A stretch of 64,000 nucleotides of DNA from Dehalococcoidia bacterium (lineage in GTDB: Bacteria; Chloroflexota; Dehalococcoidia; UBA2979): positions 2,688,001 to 2,752,000 of the forward strand of contig OZ253555.1 of assembly GCA_965262725.1 (NCBI GenBank), given 5' to 3'. A model generated the notes under the pieces. It worked only from the letters and a program-made list of their open reading frames with translations. It was not told the DNA's origin and ran no database searches. A program made the position numbers and the translations under genes. Every line of letters starts with the position of its first letter. Position 1 is the first letter of the stretch. This document shows, in pieces, positions 19,085 to 28,119 of this stretch.

Positions 19085-20101
19085 ATGGTCGAGAAGATCG
19101 GGATCGCACCGCTGGAGGTGAGCGCGACCGAGGCGATCGGCCTCGTGCGGCAGGCGGAGGCGAAGGGCTTCGAGAGCGCGTGGACCTCGGGGAGCCACGG
19201 CTATCTGCGCATCGCAGCCTTTGCGCAGCACACCGAGCGCATCACCCTGGGCACGGCCGTGGTCGTGCAGCCCCTGATCAACCCGGTCGCGCACGCCGAC
19301 ATGATCACCGACCTCGGCGAGCTCACCGGCGGGCGCGCCATCGCCGGCATCGGCTCCGGAGTCAGGCCCCAGCTCAACCGCTTCTATGGCATCCTCGGGG
19401 ATCAGGCCGAGCACCCCGCGCCGCGCATCCGCGAGTTCCTCGAGCTCCTCCGGGAGCTGACGACCAACGAGGGGCGCATCCAGTGGGAGCGGCGCTTCTT
19501 CCGGCTGCAGGGTGCGCGCGGATACCGACAGGCGAACCCGGTCCCGGTCTACCTCGCCGCGGTCAACAAGCTCTCCCTGCGCGTCGCCGGCGATCTGGCG
19601 GACGGCCTGATCGGCCACCCCATCAACAGCGTGCAGTACCTCCAGCAGACGATCATCCCCACGATCGGCGAGCGACTCGAGGCGGGCGGACGGCCGCGCG
19701 AGAGCTTCTCTTTCACCTCCGACGTCGTGACTTCCATCAACGGGGATCGCGCCATCGCCCGCCGCGACGCGGCAATCACACTCGGCTTCTACCTCTCGCC
19801 GCGGGCCTTCGACTGCATCTTCGACGCCGGCGATTGGGAAGAGGAGAAGCGGCAGGTGCGGGACGCCTTCCGCAGCGGCGAGATGGAGAACGTCGCCGAC
19901 GCGGTGACCGACCGCATGCTCGAGTCGTGCTGCCTCGTCGGCACGCCGGCCGACGTGCGCGATCAGGCGGGGCGCTACGACGGGCTGCTCGACCGTCTCA
20001 TCTTCTACGCGCCGCGGCACGCCGTCCCGCTCGAGCGGCACATGCAGAACTACCAGAGCATCCTCGAGACATTCGCCCGGCCGGCCTCGGCTAAGAGCTA
20101 G
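19085..20101 (+). CDS. LLM class oxidoreductase, probably F420-dependent (Mer-like)
   Basis: AEAKGFESAW, TERITLGTAV, GGRAIAGIG, VPVYLAAV, AGDLADG; TATAGT upstream. Confidence 0.8.
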   Translation: MVEKIGIAPLEVSATEAIGLVRQAEAKGFESAWTSGSHGYLRIAAFAQHTERITLGTAVVVQPLINPVAHADMITDLGELTGGRAIAGIGSGVRPQLNRFYGILGDQAEHPAPRIREFLELLRELTTNEGRIQWERRFFRLQGARGYRQANPVPVYLAAVNKLSLRVAGDLADGLIGHPINSVQYLQQTIIPTIGERLEAGGRPRESFSFTSDVVTSINGDRAIARRDAAITLGFYLSPRAFDCIFDAGDWEEEKRQVRDAFRSGEMENVADAVTDRMLESCCLVGTPADVRDQAGRYDGLLDRLIFYAPRHAVPLERHMQNYQSILETFARPASAKS

Positions 20102-20138
20102 GTCGACCGGGTCGCGGATCCAGAGCAGGGGGAGAGCC

Positions 20139-21614
20139 GTGACCGAAGAGCCCGGCGGCGAGCCGACCCGCGCCGACATCGTCTTCCGCAACGCCTATGT
20201 CGTCACGCTTGATGACGAGCACCGCGTGTACCGTGACGGATACGTCGCCGTCTCAGGCCGCGACATCGTCGCCGTCGGGCCCGACCGGAACTGCACCGTC
20301 GAGGCGGAGCGGGTAGTCGACGCGCGGGGCAAGGCCGTGCTCCCCGGGCTCGTCAACGCCCACAACCACCTCGACCAGGTGCTCATGCGCGCCCGCCTTG
20401 ACGACCGCCCCCAGCCAGGAGCCGGAATGGGCGGGCTGATGGGGACCATGCACGACCTCTGGTCACACGCCGGCGAGGAGATCGCGTACAAGATCGTGCG
20501 GCTACACATGCTCGATATGCTCCGCGCCGGCACGACGGCCGTTCACGAGCAGCACTTCACGAACGTCCCCCGCGACAACATGGACGGCGTGCTGCGCGCC
20601 ATCGACGAGTCCGGTATGCGCGGCTTCGCCTCCCGCGTCCACCTCTCCGCCGAGATGATCCCGCCGGGCGCGCGTGAGAGCGTCGATTCCGTGCTCGCCG
20701 AGACCGAGCGCCTCGGGAAGCGCTGGAACAGCGACCGCATCACCGTCACCGCGAGCCCGATCAACGGCACCTGGGTCGCGACCGACGAGGAGCTGGTCGC
20801 CCTGCGCGAGGGCGTGCGGGAGCTCGGAGTCCCGTTCGACCTAGACCTCTCCGGCGCCGAGTGGCGCCGGACGCTCGCGGCCCGCGGCTACTCGAAGGGC
20901 GGCGCCGTCAAGCACGCCGCTGAGATCGGCATCCTCGACGACCAGGTCTCCGGCGGGAAGTCGTTCAACCTGGAGCCCGACGAGTACGCGATCTGGGCCG
21001 AGCATGGCGTCACCGCCTGCCTCGTCCCCCCGCGCACCCGCGACGAGATGGGGCCCGGGCTCCACCACTTCCTCGCGGTGGGCGTCGTCCCGGCCATGGG
21101 GAACGACGGGCCGATGGGAGGACCGAAGTCCTCCGTCTGGCAGGTCATGCGGCGGCTCCTCACCTCCGTGGCCGTGCGCAAGGAGTACGAGGAGCGGGGC
21201 GGCGACACCACAGACCACGAGCAGGAGATCACCACCGAGCTCCTGCTCGAGATGGCGACCCGCGCCGGCCAGCGCCACCTCTTCCTCGACCCCCGCGTCC
21301 GGGGCGTCGAGGAGGGCGCCGCGGCCGACCTCGTCGTCGTCGACATCAGCGGCCCCGAGTTCGCGCCCCCGATGGACGGGCGGCGCACGCTCAGCTACCT
21401 GGTACACAGCACCGACTCATCGCACGTCGAGATGGTGCTCGTGAACGGGCGCGTCCTGGTCGACGGCGGTGGCGCGACCGTCTGGGACGAGGAGCAGGTG
21501 ATCCGCGAGGCGGAGGAGGCGGCGATGGAACTCTTCCGCCGCGCCGGCTACCTCGAGACGCTCCCGGCGCGCGGCGCCGGCGAGTCCTCCCGCGGCTGGA
21601 CCTACGTCGACTAG
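20139..21614 (+). CDS. Amidohydrolase, Atz/Trz/MtaD deaminase-like and divergent
   Basis: PGLVNAHNH, GTT, MGNDG, EMAT, GAAADLVVVD, VLVNGRV. Confidence 0.85.
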   Translation: MTEEPGGEPTRADIVFRNAYVVTLDDEHRVYRDGYVAVSGRDIVAVGPDRNCTVEAERVVDARGKAVLPGLVNAHNHLDQVLMRARLDDRPQPGAGMGGLMGTMHDLWSHAGEEIAYKIVRLHMLDMLRAGTTAVHEQHFTNVPRDNMDGVLRAIDESGMRGFASRVHLSAEMIPPGARESVDSVLAETERLGKRWNSDRITVTASPINGTWVATDEELVALREGVRELGVPFDLDLSGAEWRRTLAARGYSKGGAVKHAAEIGILDDQVSGGKSFNLEPDEYAIWAEHGVTACLVPPRTRDEMGPGLHHFLAVGVVPAMGNDGPMGGPKSSVWQVMRRLLTSVAVRKEYEERGGDTTDHEQEITTELLLEMATRAGQRHLFLDPRVRGVEEGAAADLVVVDISGPEFAPPMDGRRTLSYLVHSTDSSHVEMVLVNGRVLVDGGGATVWDEEQVIREAEEAAMELFRRAGYLETLPARGAGESSRGWTYVD

Positions 21615-21649
21615 CCGCGGGACCCGCGGCCGCCGGGGCGGCCGCCCCG
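21614..21649. terminator. Two adjacent GC palindromes between convergent genes, possible terminator
   Basis: GCCGCGGG-A-CCCGCGGC (21614-21630) and CGGGGCGGCCGCCCCG (21634-21649); no U-tract. Confidence 0.35.
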
Positions 21650-21653
21650 CACC

Positions 21654-22622
21654 CTACGCGCCGGGCGGTGGAGCGATCGCGGCTCCCGCGAGCGCCTCGA
21701 AGTGGCGCACGATCTGCATGTAGTCGGCGCCCGCGGGGAGGGCCTCGCGCGCGCCCGCGAGCAGCTCGCGCGTCGCACCAGCGAGCGGGGCCGGCGTCTC
21801 CGTCTCGCGCGCCAGGTCGACCGCGCAGGCGACGTCCTTCAGCATCAGGTCGAGTGCAAAGCCGGCATCCAGATCACCCGAGAAGACGAAGCGCGGGAAC
21901 TTCTCCTCGGTCGACGAGCTGCGGCCGGTCGAGTGGTTCACCGCCTCGATCACGAGCCTGGGCTCCAGGCCGAACCGCCTCGCCACCAGCGCCGCCTCGG
22001 TGGCTGCGATCATCGCGCAGGCCGATAGGAAGTTGTTGAGCGCCTTCGTGGCATGCCCGGATCCGAGGGCGCCCGTCCGCACGACCGTCCTTCCCACCGC
22101 CCCGAACACGGGCTCGCAGCGATCAACGGCCTCCGGCTCGCCGCCCGCCATGATCGCGAGCGAGCCGGCCTCCGCCCCGCGCACGCCCCCCGACACCGGC
22201 GCATCCACCATCGCCACGCCGAGCGAGGCGACCGCGGCGCCGAGCGTCCGCGTCCCCGACGGGTGCGATGAGCTCATGTCGATGAGGAGGGCACCCCGAG
22301 CCCCCTGCTCCGCCCGATCCGCCCAGCCCGCCGCGAACGAGTCCGCTCCCTCCTCGCCGCCCAGGGCCACCGCATGCACAGCTGCCCCGTCGGGGAGCAT
22401 CGTGATGACGGCGTCGGCCCACGCGGCGAGCGAGGCGAGCGATGCGGCCGCCTCCGCCGGGGGGGAGCGGCGCACGACGGCCCGCGTCACGTCCTCGCGG
22501 GCGTCGTAGACCCTAACGTCGAGGCCCGCCGCGACCAGGTGTCCGGCCATCGGCGCGCCCATGCGGCCGACGCCCACCACCCCCACGCGCCGAAGGGCCG
22601 CGGAGGACCGTGGGGCGCTCAC
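21654..22622 (-). CDS. Beta-hydroxyacid dehydrogenase (3-hydroxyisobutyrate dehydrogenase family)
   Basis: GVGRMGAPMA, DAPVSGG, KALNN, FALDLMLKD. Confidence 0.9.
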   Translation of the reverse strand: MSAPRSSAALRRVGVVGVGRMGAPMAGHLVAAGLDVRVYDAREDVTRAVVRRSPPAEAAASLASLAAWADAVITMLPDGAAVHAVALGGEEGADSFAAGWADRAEQGARGALLIDMSSSHPSGTRTLGAAVASLGVAMVDAPVSGGVRGAEAGSLAIMAGGEPEAVDRCEPVFGAVGRTVVRTGALGSGHATKALNNFLSACAMIAATEAALVARRFGLEPRLVIEAVNHSTGRSSSTEEKFPRFVFSGDLDAGFALDLMLKDVACAVDLARETETPAPLAGATRELLAGAREALPAGADYMQIVRHFEALAGAAIAPPPGA

Positions 22623-23095
22623 GATCCCGCCTCCTGGACCGCATCCCCGCTGTCGCCGGCGTCCCCGATCTCCTCCAGCACCTCGCGCGCCACGCGGAAG
22701 GCGTCGACGCCGGCGGGCACGCCCGCGTAGATCGTCGCCTGCAGCAGCACCTCCTGGATCTCCTCGCGGCTGCAGCCGTTCGCGACGGCACCGCGCGTGT
22801 GCAGGCGCAGCTCGTGCGGACGGTTGAGCGCGGTCAGCATCGCGAGGTTGAGCAGGCTACGCGTTCGGCGCGAGAGCACCGGGCGGGTCCACACCTCGCC
22901 CCAGCAGTATTCCGTCACCAGCTCCTGAAGCGGCGCTGTAAAGGCATCGGCCCCGGCGATCGAGGCCTCGACGTATTCCGCACCGAGCACCGCGCGACGC
23001 ACCTCCAGTCCGCGCGCGAAGCGCGCGCGGCCGCCGCCCAGGACCTCTCCCGCTCCGGCTCCGGCGGCCCCCTCGCTCCCGCTGCTCGCCACCAC
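22619..23095 (-). CDS. Carboxymuconolactone decarboxylase family protein
   Basis: EYCWGEVWTRP, ELRLHTRGA, YAGVPA; RBS GGGAGG. Confidence 0.88.
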   Translation of the reverse strand: MVASSGSEGAAGAGAGEVLGGGRARFARGLEVRRAVLGAEYVEASIAGADAFTAPLQELVTEYCWGEVWTRPVLSRRTRSLLNLAMLTALNRPHELRLHTRGAVANGCSREEIQEVLLQATIYAGVPAGVDAFRVAREVLEEIGDAGDSGDAVQEAGS

Positions 23096-23326
23096 GTCCT
23101 CCCTTCCCGCGGCCAGGCGCCAGGGGGCACCCGCCGGCGGCCATTCTGCGGTCGGCGCGCCCGCGGAGCGAGCCGCTCCGCGTGGCGTCCGCGCACGGCG
23201 ATCCCGTATCGTGTGCGCCCCGACGGGGCCACCCCGCTTTGCGACGGCCACCGCACGCACGGGACGCGCACCACGGTGCCGGGCGCCGCGAGGTGCTCGC
23301 GCTCAAGAGCCCGCGAAAGGAGCCCG

Positions 23327-24223
23327 ATGCCATACGCCACCGCCTCCGACGGCGTCCGCCTCTACTACGAGGAGACAGGCGAGGGCATACCCGTCGTCTT
23401 CGTGCACGAGTTCGCCGGCGACCACCGTAGCTGGGAGCAGCAGGTGCGCCATTTCGGTCGCCGCTACCGGGCGGTCGCCTGCGCGGCGCGCGGTTACCCG
23501 CCCTCAGATGTCCCGGAGGCCCGCGCGAGCTACTCGCAGGAGCGCGCCGTCGACGACGTCCGCGACGTTCTCGATGCGATCGGCGCCGAGCGCGCGCACA
23601 TCGTCGGGCTCTCCATGGGCGGCTACGCGACGCTCGTCTTCGGGCTCACCTACCCCGAGCGCGCGCGCTCGCTCACCGTCGCCGGCGCGGGCTACGGCAG
23701 CACGGCCGACCGCTCCGACTTCGAGCGCGACGTCGAGCAGGTCGCCGAGCGGCTGCTCGCCGAGGGGATCGAGGCTTTCGGGGAGGTCTACACGCGGGGG
23801 CCCACGCGCGTGCAGTTCCGCGACAAGGATCCACGCGGCTGGGAGGAGTTCCGGGCGCAGTTCCGGGCCTCCTCGACCCTCGGCCACGCCAACACGATGC
23901 TCGGCGTGCAGCGCAAGCGCCCCTCCATCCTCGCGCTCGAGGAGAGGCTGCGGGGGCTCACCGTCCCGACCCTGATCGTGACCGGCGACGAGGACGAGCC
24001 GTGCCTCGAGCCCGGGCTCTTCATGAAGCGAACCATCCGCACCTCCGCCCTGGTCGTGTTCCCGCGCTCCGGCCACGCCGTGAACCTTGAGGAGCCGGCG
24101 GCCTTCAACCGCGCGGTCGAGGACTTCCTCGCCGCGGTCGACGCCGGCAGCTGGCGGGAGCGCAACCCGGAGAGCCTCTCGGAGTCCCAGCTGCTCCCCG
24201 CCGGAGAACGCGAGCGTGACTAA
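23327..24223 (+). CDS. Alpha/beta hydrolase with intact triad
   Basis: FVHEFAGD, GLSMGG, GDED, SGHAVNLEEP. Confidence 0.88.
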   Translation: MPYATASDGVRLYYEETGEGIPVVFVHEFAGDHRSWEQQVRHFGRRYRAVACAARGYPPSDVPEARASYSQERAVDDVRDVLDAIGAERAHIVGLSMGGYATLVFGLTYPERARSLTVAGAGYGSTADRSDFERDVEQVAERLLAEGIEAFGEVYTRGPTRVQFRDKDPRGWEEFRAQFRASSTLGHANTMLGVQRKRPSILALEERLRGLTVPTLIVTGDEDEPCLEPGLFMKRTIRTSALVVFPRSGHAVNLEEPAAFNRAVEDFLAAVDAGSWRERNPESLSESQLLPAGERERD

Positions 24224-26678
24224 GGAGGACCCCGCGCCCGGCGCGCTCGCCGGGCTTCGCGTCGTCGAGGTCGGGGAGTGGGTCTCCGCCCCCTTCGCCG
24301 CCAAGCTCTTCGCCGACTTCGGCGCCGACGTGGTGAAGGTGGAACGCCCGGGCCCGGGCGATCCGGCGCGCACCGACGGGCCCTTCCCGGGCGATCGGCC
24401 TGGGCCGGACTCCTCCGGCCTCTTCCTCTACCTCAACACCAACAAGCGCGGCGTCCAGCTCGACCTCGCAGGCGACGCGGGGCGCGCCGCGCTCGACCGG
24501 TTGCTTCAGGACGCCGACCTCCTCATCACGAACCTCCCGCGAGCGAGGCTCGCCGTGGCCGGGCTCGAGCCGGAGGCGCTGCGGGCGCGGCACCCCGGGC
24601 TCCTCGTCACGACGATCACGCCCTTCGGGCTCGACGGCCCCTACGCCGACTACGTCGGAGACGAGCTCGTGACCTACGCGATGGGCGGACTCGCCTACGC
24701 CTCGCCGGGCGTCCCCGACGTCGTCGACGATCCCGAGGCGGAGCCGCCGCTCCATCCGCACACCTACGTGGCCGACACCATCGGCGGGCTCGTCGCCGCG
24801 GTCGCGAGCATGGTGGCGGTGTTCGGGCGAGCGGAGGACGGCGAGGGGGCGCACGTCGACGTGAGCCAGCAGGCCGCCATCACGGCGATGGAGCAGCGCG
24901 ACCTCACGGCGTGGTCCTACGGCGAGATGGTCATCGGCCGGATGCCGACCAGCATCGCGCGGATGCCGAACTACTACCTCCCGTGCCGCGACGGCTACGT
25001 CGCGGTGGCGGCGCCCTGGGACCACCAGTGGACCCGCCTCGTGAAGATGATGGGAAGCCCCGAGTGGGCGTTCTCCGAGCTCTTCTGCGACGACGCCGGG
25101 CGGACGGCGTACTGGGACGCGCTCAAGCTGCTGCTCACCGAGTGGACGATGCAGTACGACGGCGACGAGATCGTCCGCATGGCCAACGAGGCCGGCCTCC
25201 CGTTCTTCGCCTACTACTCCATCGCCGAGATGGCGGAGTCCGAGCACGTCCGCGCGCGCGGGAGCCTCGTCGAGCAGTCGGCCGACAGCCGCACCTTCCG
25301 CATGCCGGGGGCGCCCCTCGCGATGCACGGCACTCCGTGGGCGATCCGGCGCCCGGCGCCCCGCGCCGGCGAGCACACCGCGGAGGTGCTGGCGGAGCTA
25401 GAGACCCGCCCGGCGTCGGTGGCTGAGCGCGCGCACACCCGCGCGGCGCCGCCGAGTCCGCTCCCGCTCGCCGGCATACGCGTGCTCGACTTCGGGCAGG
25501 TGATCGCGATGCCGTTCGGGAGCCAGTGGCTCGCCTGGCTCGGGGCCGAGGTGCTGCTGGTCGAATCGGTGAAGCACATGACGGCACGCGTCACCCCACC
25601 CTACGTCGGAGGCGTCGCGCACCACGACAATTCGGGCCACTTCAACCTGCTCAACGGCTCGAAGAAGAGCCTGCGCATCGACATGGCAACGCCCGAAGGC
25701 CGCGCGCTGCTCAAGCGCATGGTCCCGCTCTGCGACGTGATGATCGACAATTTCAAGACGGGCGTGCTGGAGAAGCTGGGGCTCGGGCCCGATGTCGTGC
25801 GCGAACTCCACCCCGACATCGTGCAGGTCTCGTTCGGAGCGTTCGGGCGCAGCGGTCCGATGCGCACGCAGGGCGGACTCCACTCGGCCGTGAATCTCTT
25901 CTCCGGCGTTGCCGAGGTCACGGGGTACCCGGGCGGGATGCCGCGCATCCTGGGCGGCGTGCTACCCGACCCGATCGCCGGCTCCTACGCCGTCTTCGGG
26001 GCGCTCGCCGCGCTTCGCCACCGCCGCCGAGGAGGGGGCGGTCAGTACATCGACGGCGCGATGTTCGAGGGGATGATCTCGCTCATCCCCCAGGCGGTGA
26101 TCGACGTCACGATGAACGGACGCGCGCTCGACCGCATCGGAAACCGCGACCACCGCAAGGTACCGCACGGCCTCTACCGCGCCGCTGGCCACGACGAGTG
26201 GCTGGCGATCTCCGTCGATCCGGAGGCCTCCGACTCAAGCGGTCTGGATGCGCAGTGGCGCGCGCTCTGCGCCGTGATCGGTTTGGAGGAGCACGACCCG
26301 CTCTTCTCCACGCCCGACGCGCGGCGCGCGAACGAGGACGCACTCGACGCCCGGATCACAGCGTGGACGCGCGAGCGCGACCCGGCCCCGATGGCTGAGC
26401 TGCTGCAGGCCGTGGGTGTGCCTGCCGGGCCTGTGCTGCGCCCCGACCAGCTGCACGAGGATCCACAGCTGCGCGCGCGGGGCTTCATGGTGGAAACGGA
26501 GCACCCGACGGGCGGGCGCCGGCGCCACCCCGGCATCCCCTGGCGCGCCTCCCACCTCGAGCCGAGGTACCGGGCGGCCCCCCTGCTCGGCGAGCACACC
26601 CACGAGGTGCTGACGGGGCTGCTCGGCCTCTCCGAGGCGGAGTACGAGGACCTCGACGCGGCGGGCGTCCTCCGCTAG
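24216..26678 (+). CDS. Fused double-domain family III CoA-transferase (CaiB/BbsEF-like)
   Basis: Two CaiB units: LAGLRVVE..GADVVKVE..NTNKR..VADTIGG and LAGIRVLDF..NGSKKS..LPDPIAG..APLLGEHT. Confidence 0.9.
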   Translation: MTKEDPAPGALAGLRVVEVGEWVSAPFAAKLFADFGADVVKVERPGPGDPARTDGPFPGDRPGPDSSGLFLYLNTNKRGVQLDLAGDAGRAALDRLLQDADLLITNLPRARLAVAGLEPEALRARHPGLLVTTITPFGLDGPYADYVGDELVTYAMGGLAYASPGVPDVVDDPEAEPPLHPHTYVADTIGGLVAAVASMVAVFGRAEDGEGAHVDVSQQAAITAMEQRDLTAWSYGEMVIGRMPTSIARMPNYYLPCRDGYVAVAAPWDHQWTRLVKMMGSPEWAFSELFCDDAGRTAYWDALKLLLTEWTMQYDGDEIVRMANEAGLPFFAYYSIAEMAESEHVRARGSLVEQSADSRTFRMPGAPLAMHGTPWAIRRPAPRAGEHTAEVLAELETRPASVAERAHTRAAPPSPLPLAGIRVLDFGQVIAMPFGSQWLAWLGAEVLLVESVKHMTARVTPPYVGGVAHHDNSGHFNLLNGSKKSLRIDMATPEGRALLKRMVPLCDVMIDNFKTGVLEKLGLGPDVVRELHPDIVQVSFGAFGRSGPMRTQGGLHSAVNLFSGVAEVTGYPGGMPRILGGVLPDPIAGSYAVFGALAALRHRRRGGGGQYIDGAMFEGMISLIPQAVIDVTMNGRALDRIGNRDHRKVPHGLYRAAGHDEWLAISVDPEASDSSGLDAQWRALCAVIGLEEHDPLFSTPDARRANEDALDARITAWTRERDPAPMAELLQAVGVPAGPVLRPDQLHEDPQLRARGFMVETEHPTGGRRRHPGIPWRASHLEPRYRAAPLLGEHTHEVLTGLLGLSEAEYEDLDAAGVLR

Positions 26679-26774
26679 GACCCGCCGGGAGCGCGGAACC
26701 GGCGGCCATACGCGAGCTCGTGCCCGAGCAGCTCCCTGCTGAACGCTCCGATCTCGTCGCGCACCCGCCGGAAC

Positions 26775-26872
26775 ACGGGCGTGACGCCCGTCCCGCGCCA
26801 GCCGCCCCGGCGCTGCGGTAGAGTCCCTCGGGTCGCCCGCGGCAACGCGAGCGCCGGGCGATCGCCCGGCGC
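26775..26872 (+). promoter_or_regulatory. Promoter and structured 5' leader of the acyl-CoA dehydrogenase operon
   Basis: Inverted repeat ACGGGCGT-G-ACGCCCGT (26775-26791), -10 TAGAGT (26819-26824), CGCG-GCAA-CGCG, perfect 22-bp palindrome 26851-26872 just before RBS GGGAGG. Confidence 0.5.
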
Positions 26873-26889
26873 AGCCGGGAGGAACAGCC

Positions 26890-28095
26890 ATGGACTTCGC
26901 GCTCGACGCCGAGCAGGAGGCGTTCCGCTCCGAACTCTGTGGGTTCCTCTCCTCCGAGCTCAGCGACGACGTGCGCGCACGCCACCGCGACCCGCGCGAG
27001 TGGGACGGCTGGGAGGCGACCTTTGCCGACGAGTTCCGCCGGCGCCTCGGCGCCCGCGGCTTCATCGGCGCCACCTGGCCCGCGGAGTACGGCGGCGACG
27101 GTCGCGACGCCAGGGAGCGCGTCATCTTCGCGGAGGAGATGGAGTACCACGACGCGCCCGCCTTCGACCGCTCCGTCACCTACGTCCCGGACGCGATCCG
27201 TCAGTTCGGGAGCGAGGCGCAGAAGAGCGAGTTCCTCCCGCGCCTCGCGCGCGGCGAGTGCACGTTCTTCCTCGGCTACAGCGAGCCCGACGCCGGATCG
27301 GACCTCGCGAGTCTCCAGACCCGCGCCGAGGCGCGGGGCGACACCTTCGTCCTCACGGGCCAGAAGGCATACTCCTCCGGCGCCGACCGCGCCGACTACG
27401 GCTGGGTCGCGGCACGGACCGATCCGGACGCCCCCAAGCACCGCGGCATCTCGCTCTTCATCGTCGATATGGCGAGCCCGGGCATCGAGATCACCCGCCA
27501 CGAAACGACGGCGGGGTGGGAGCACCATTCCGTCGCCTTCGACTCGGTCGAGGTGCCGCGATCGGCGCTCGTGGGTGAGCTCAACGGGGGCTGGCGCGTG
27601 ATTATGGGCGCCATCGACACCGAGCGCGCCTCACTGGCCGCTCCCGGCCTCGTCCGCGCGCAGCTCGACCGGCTCATCGAGCACTGCCGCCAGACGCCTG
27701 CGGAGGCGACGGGGGACGGCGGCGGCGGGGGCGGGGGTGCGCTCCTCGACGACCCCGTGGTGGCGGATCGCCTCGCGCGGCTCGCGATCGAGGCCGACGC
27801 CGCCCAGCTCATCTCCTACTGGGTCGCCTCGCTGATCGCGGGCGGCGAGAGGCCCCAGCACGAGGCCTCCCTCGCACTCCTCGTCAAGCGCGAGACGGCA
27901 CGCGCGCTCGACGTGGCGACGCTCGAGTTGCTGGGGGCCGGCGGCGCCCTCCGGGCGGAGGCGCCGGGGGCGCCGCTCGGAGGCTCCGTCGTGCGCGAGT
28001 ACCTCGATCGCCTCTACTTCCACTTCGCGGCGGGGGGCTTCGACATCACACGTAACGTGATCGCGACGCGGGGCCTGGGGCTGCCGCGGGGCTAG
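26890..28095 (+). CDS. Acyl-CoA dehydrogenase (probable catalytic subunit of a heteromeric pair)
   Basis: WPAEYGG, GYSEPDAGSDLASL, GQK, KHRGISLF, GELNGGW, DTER, RNVIATRGLGLPR. Confidence 0.92.
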   Translation: MDFALDAEQEAFRSELCGFLSSELSDDVRARHRDPREWDGWEATFADEFRRRLGARGFIGATWPAEYGGDGRDARERVIFAEEMEYHDAPAFDRSVTYVPDAIRQFGSEAQKSEFLPRLARGECTFFLGYSEPDAGSDLASLQTRAEARGDTFVLTGQKAYSSGADRADYGWVAARTDPDAPKHRGISLFIVDMASPGIEITRHETTAGWEHHSVAFDSVEVPRSALVGELNGGWRVIMGAIDTERASLAAPGLVRAQLDRLIEHCRQTPAEATGDGGGGGGGALLDDPVVADRLARLAIEADAAQLISYWVASLIAGGERPQHEASLALLVKRETARALDVATLELLGAGGALRAEAPGAPLGGSVVREYLDRLYFHFAAGGFDITRNVIATRGLGLPRG

Positions 28096-28119
28096 CCGCG
28101 ACCGGCGAGGGGCGGGCCG

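Noticed and set aside
17501-23095. Complete beta-ketoadipate (pca) pathway from the CoA-transferase A/B and CMD-family genes
   Set aside because: No ring-cleavage dioxygenase, cycloisomerase or thiolase in the window; these families are broad
27712-27740. Poly-Gly (GGC)n tract in the acyl-CoA dehydrogenase as a phase-variation site
   Set aside because: In-frame, mixed codons, located in a variable loop
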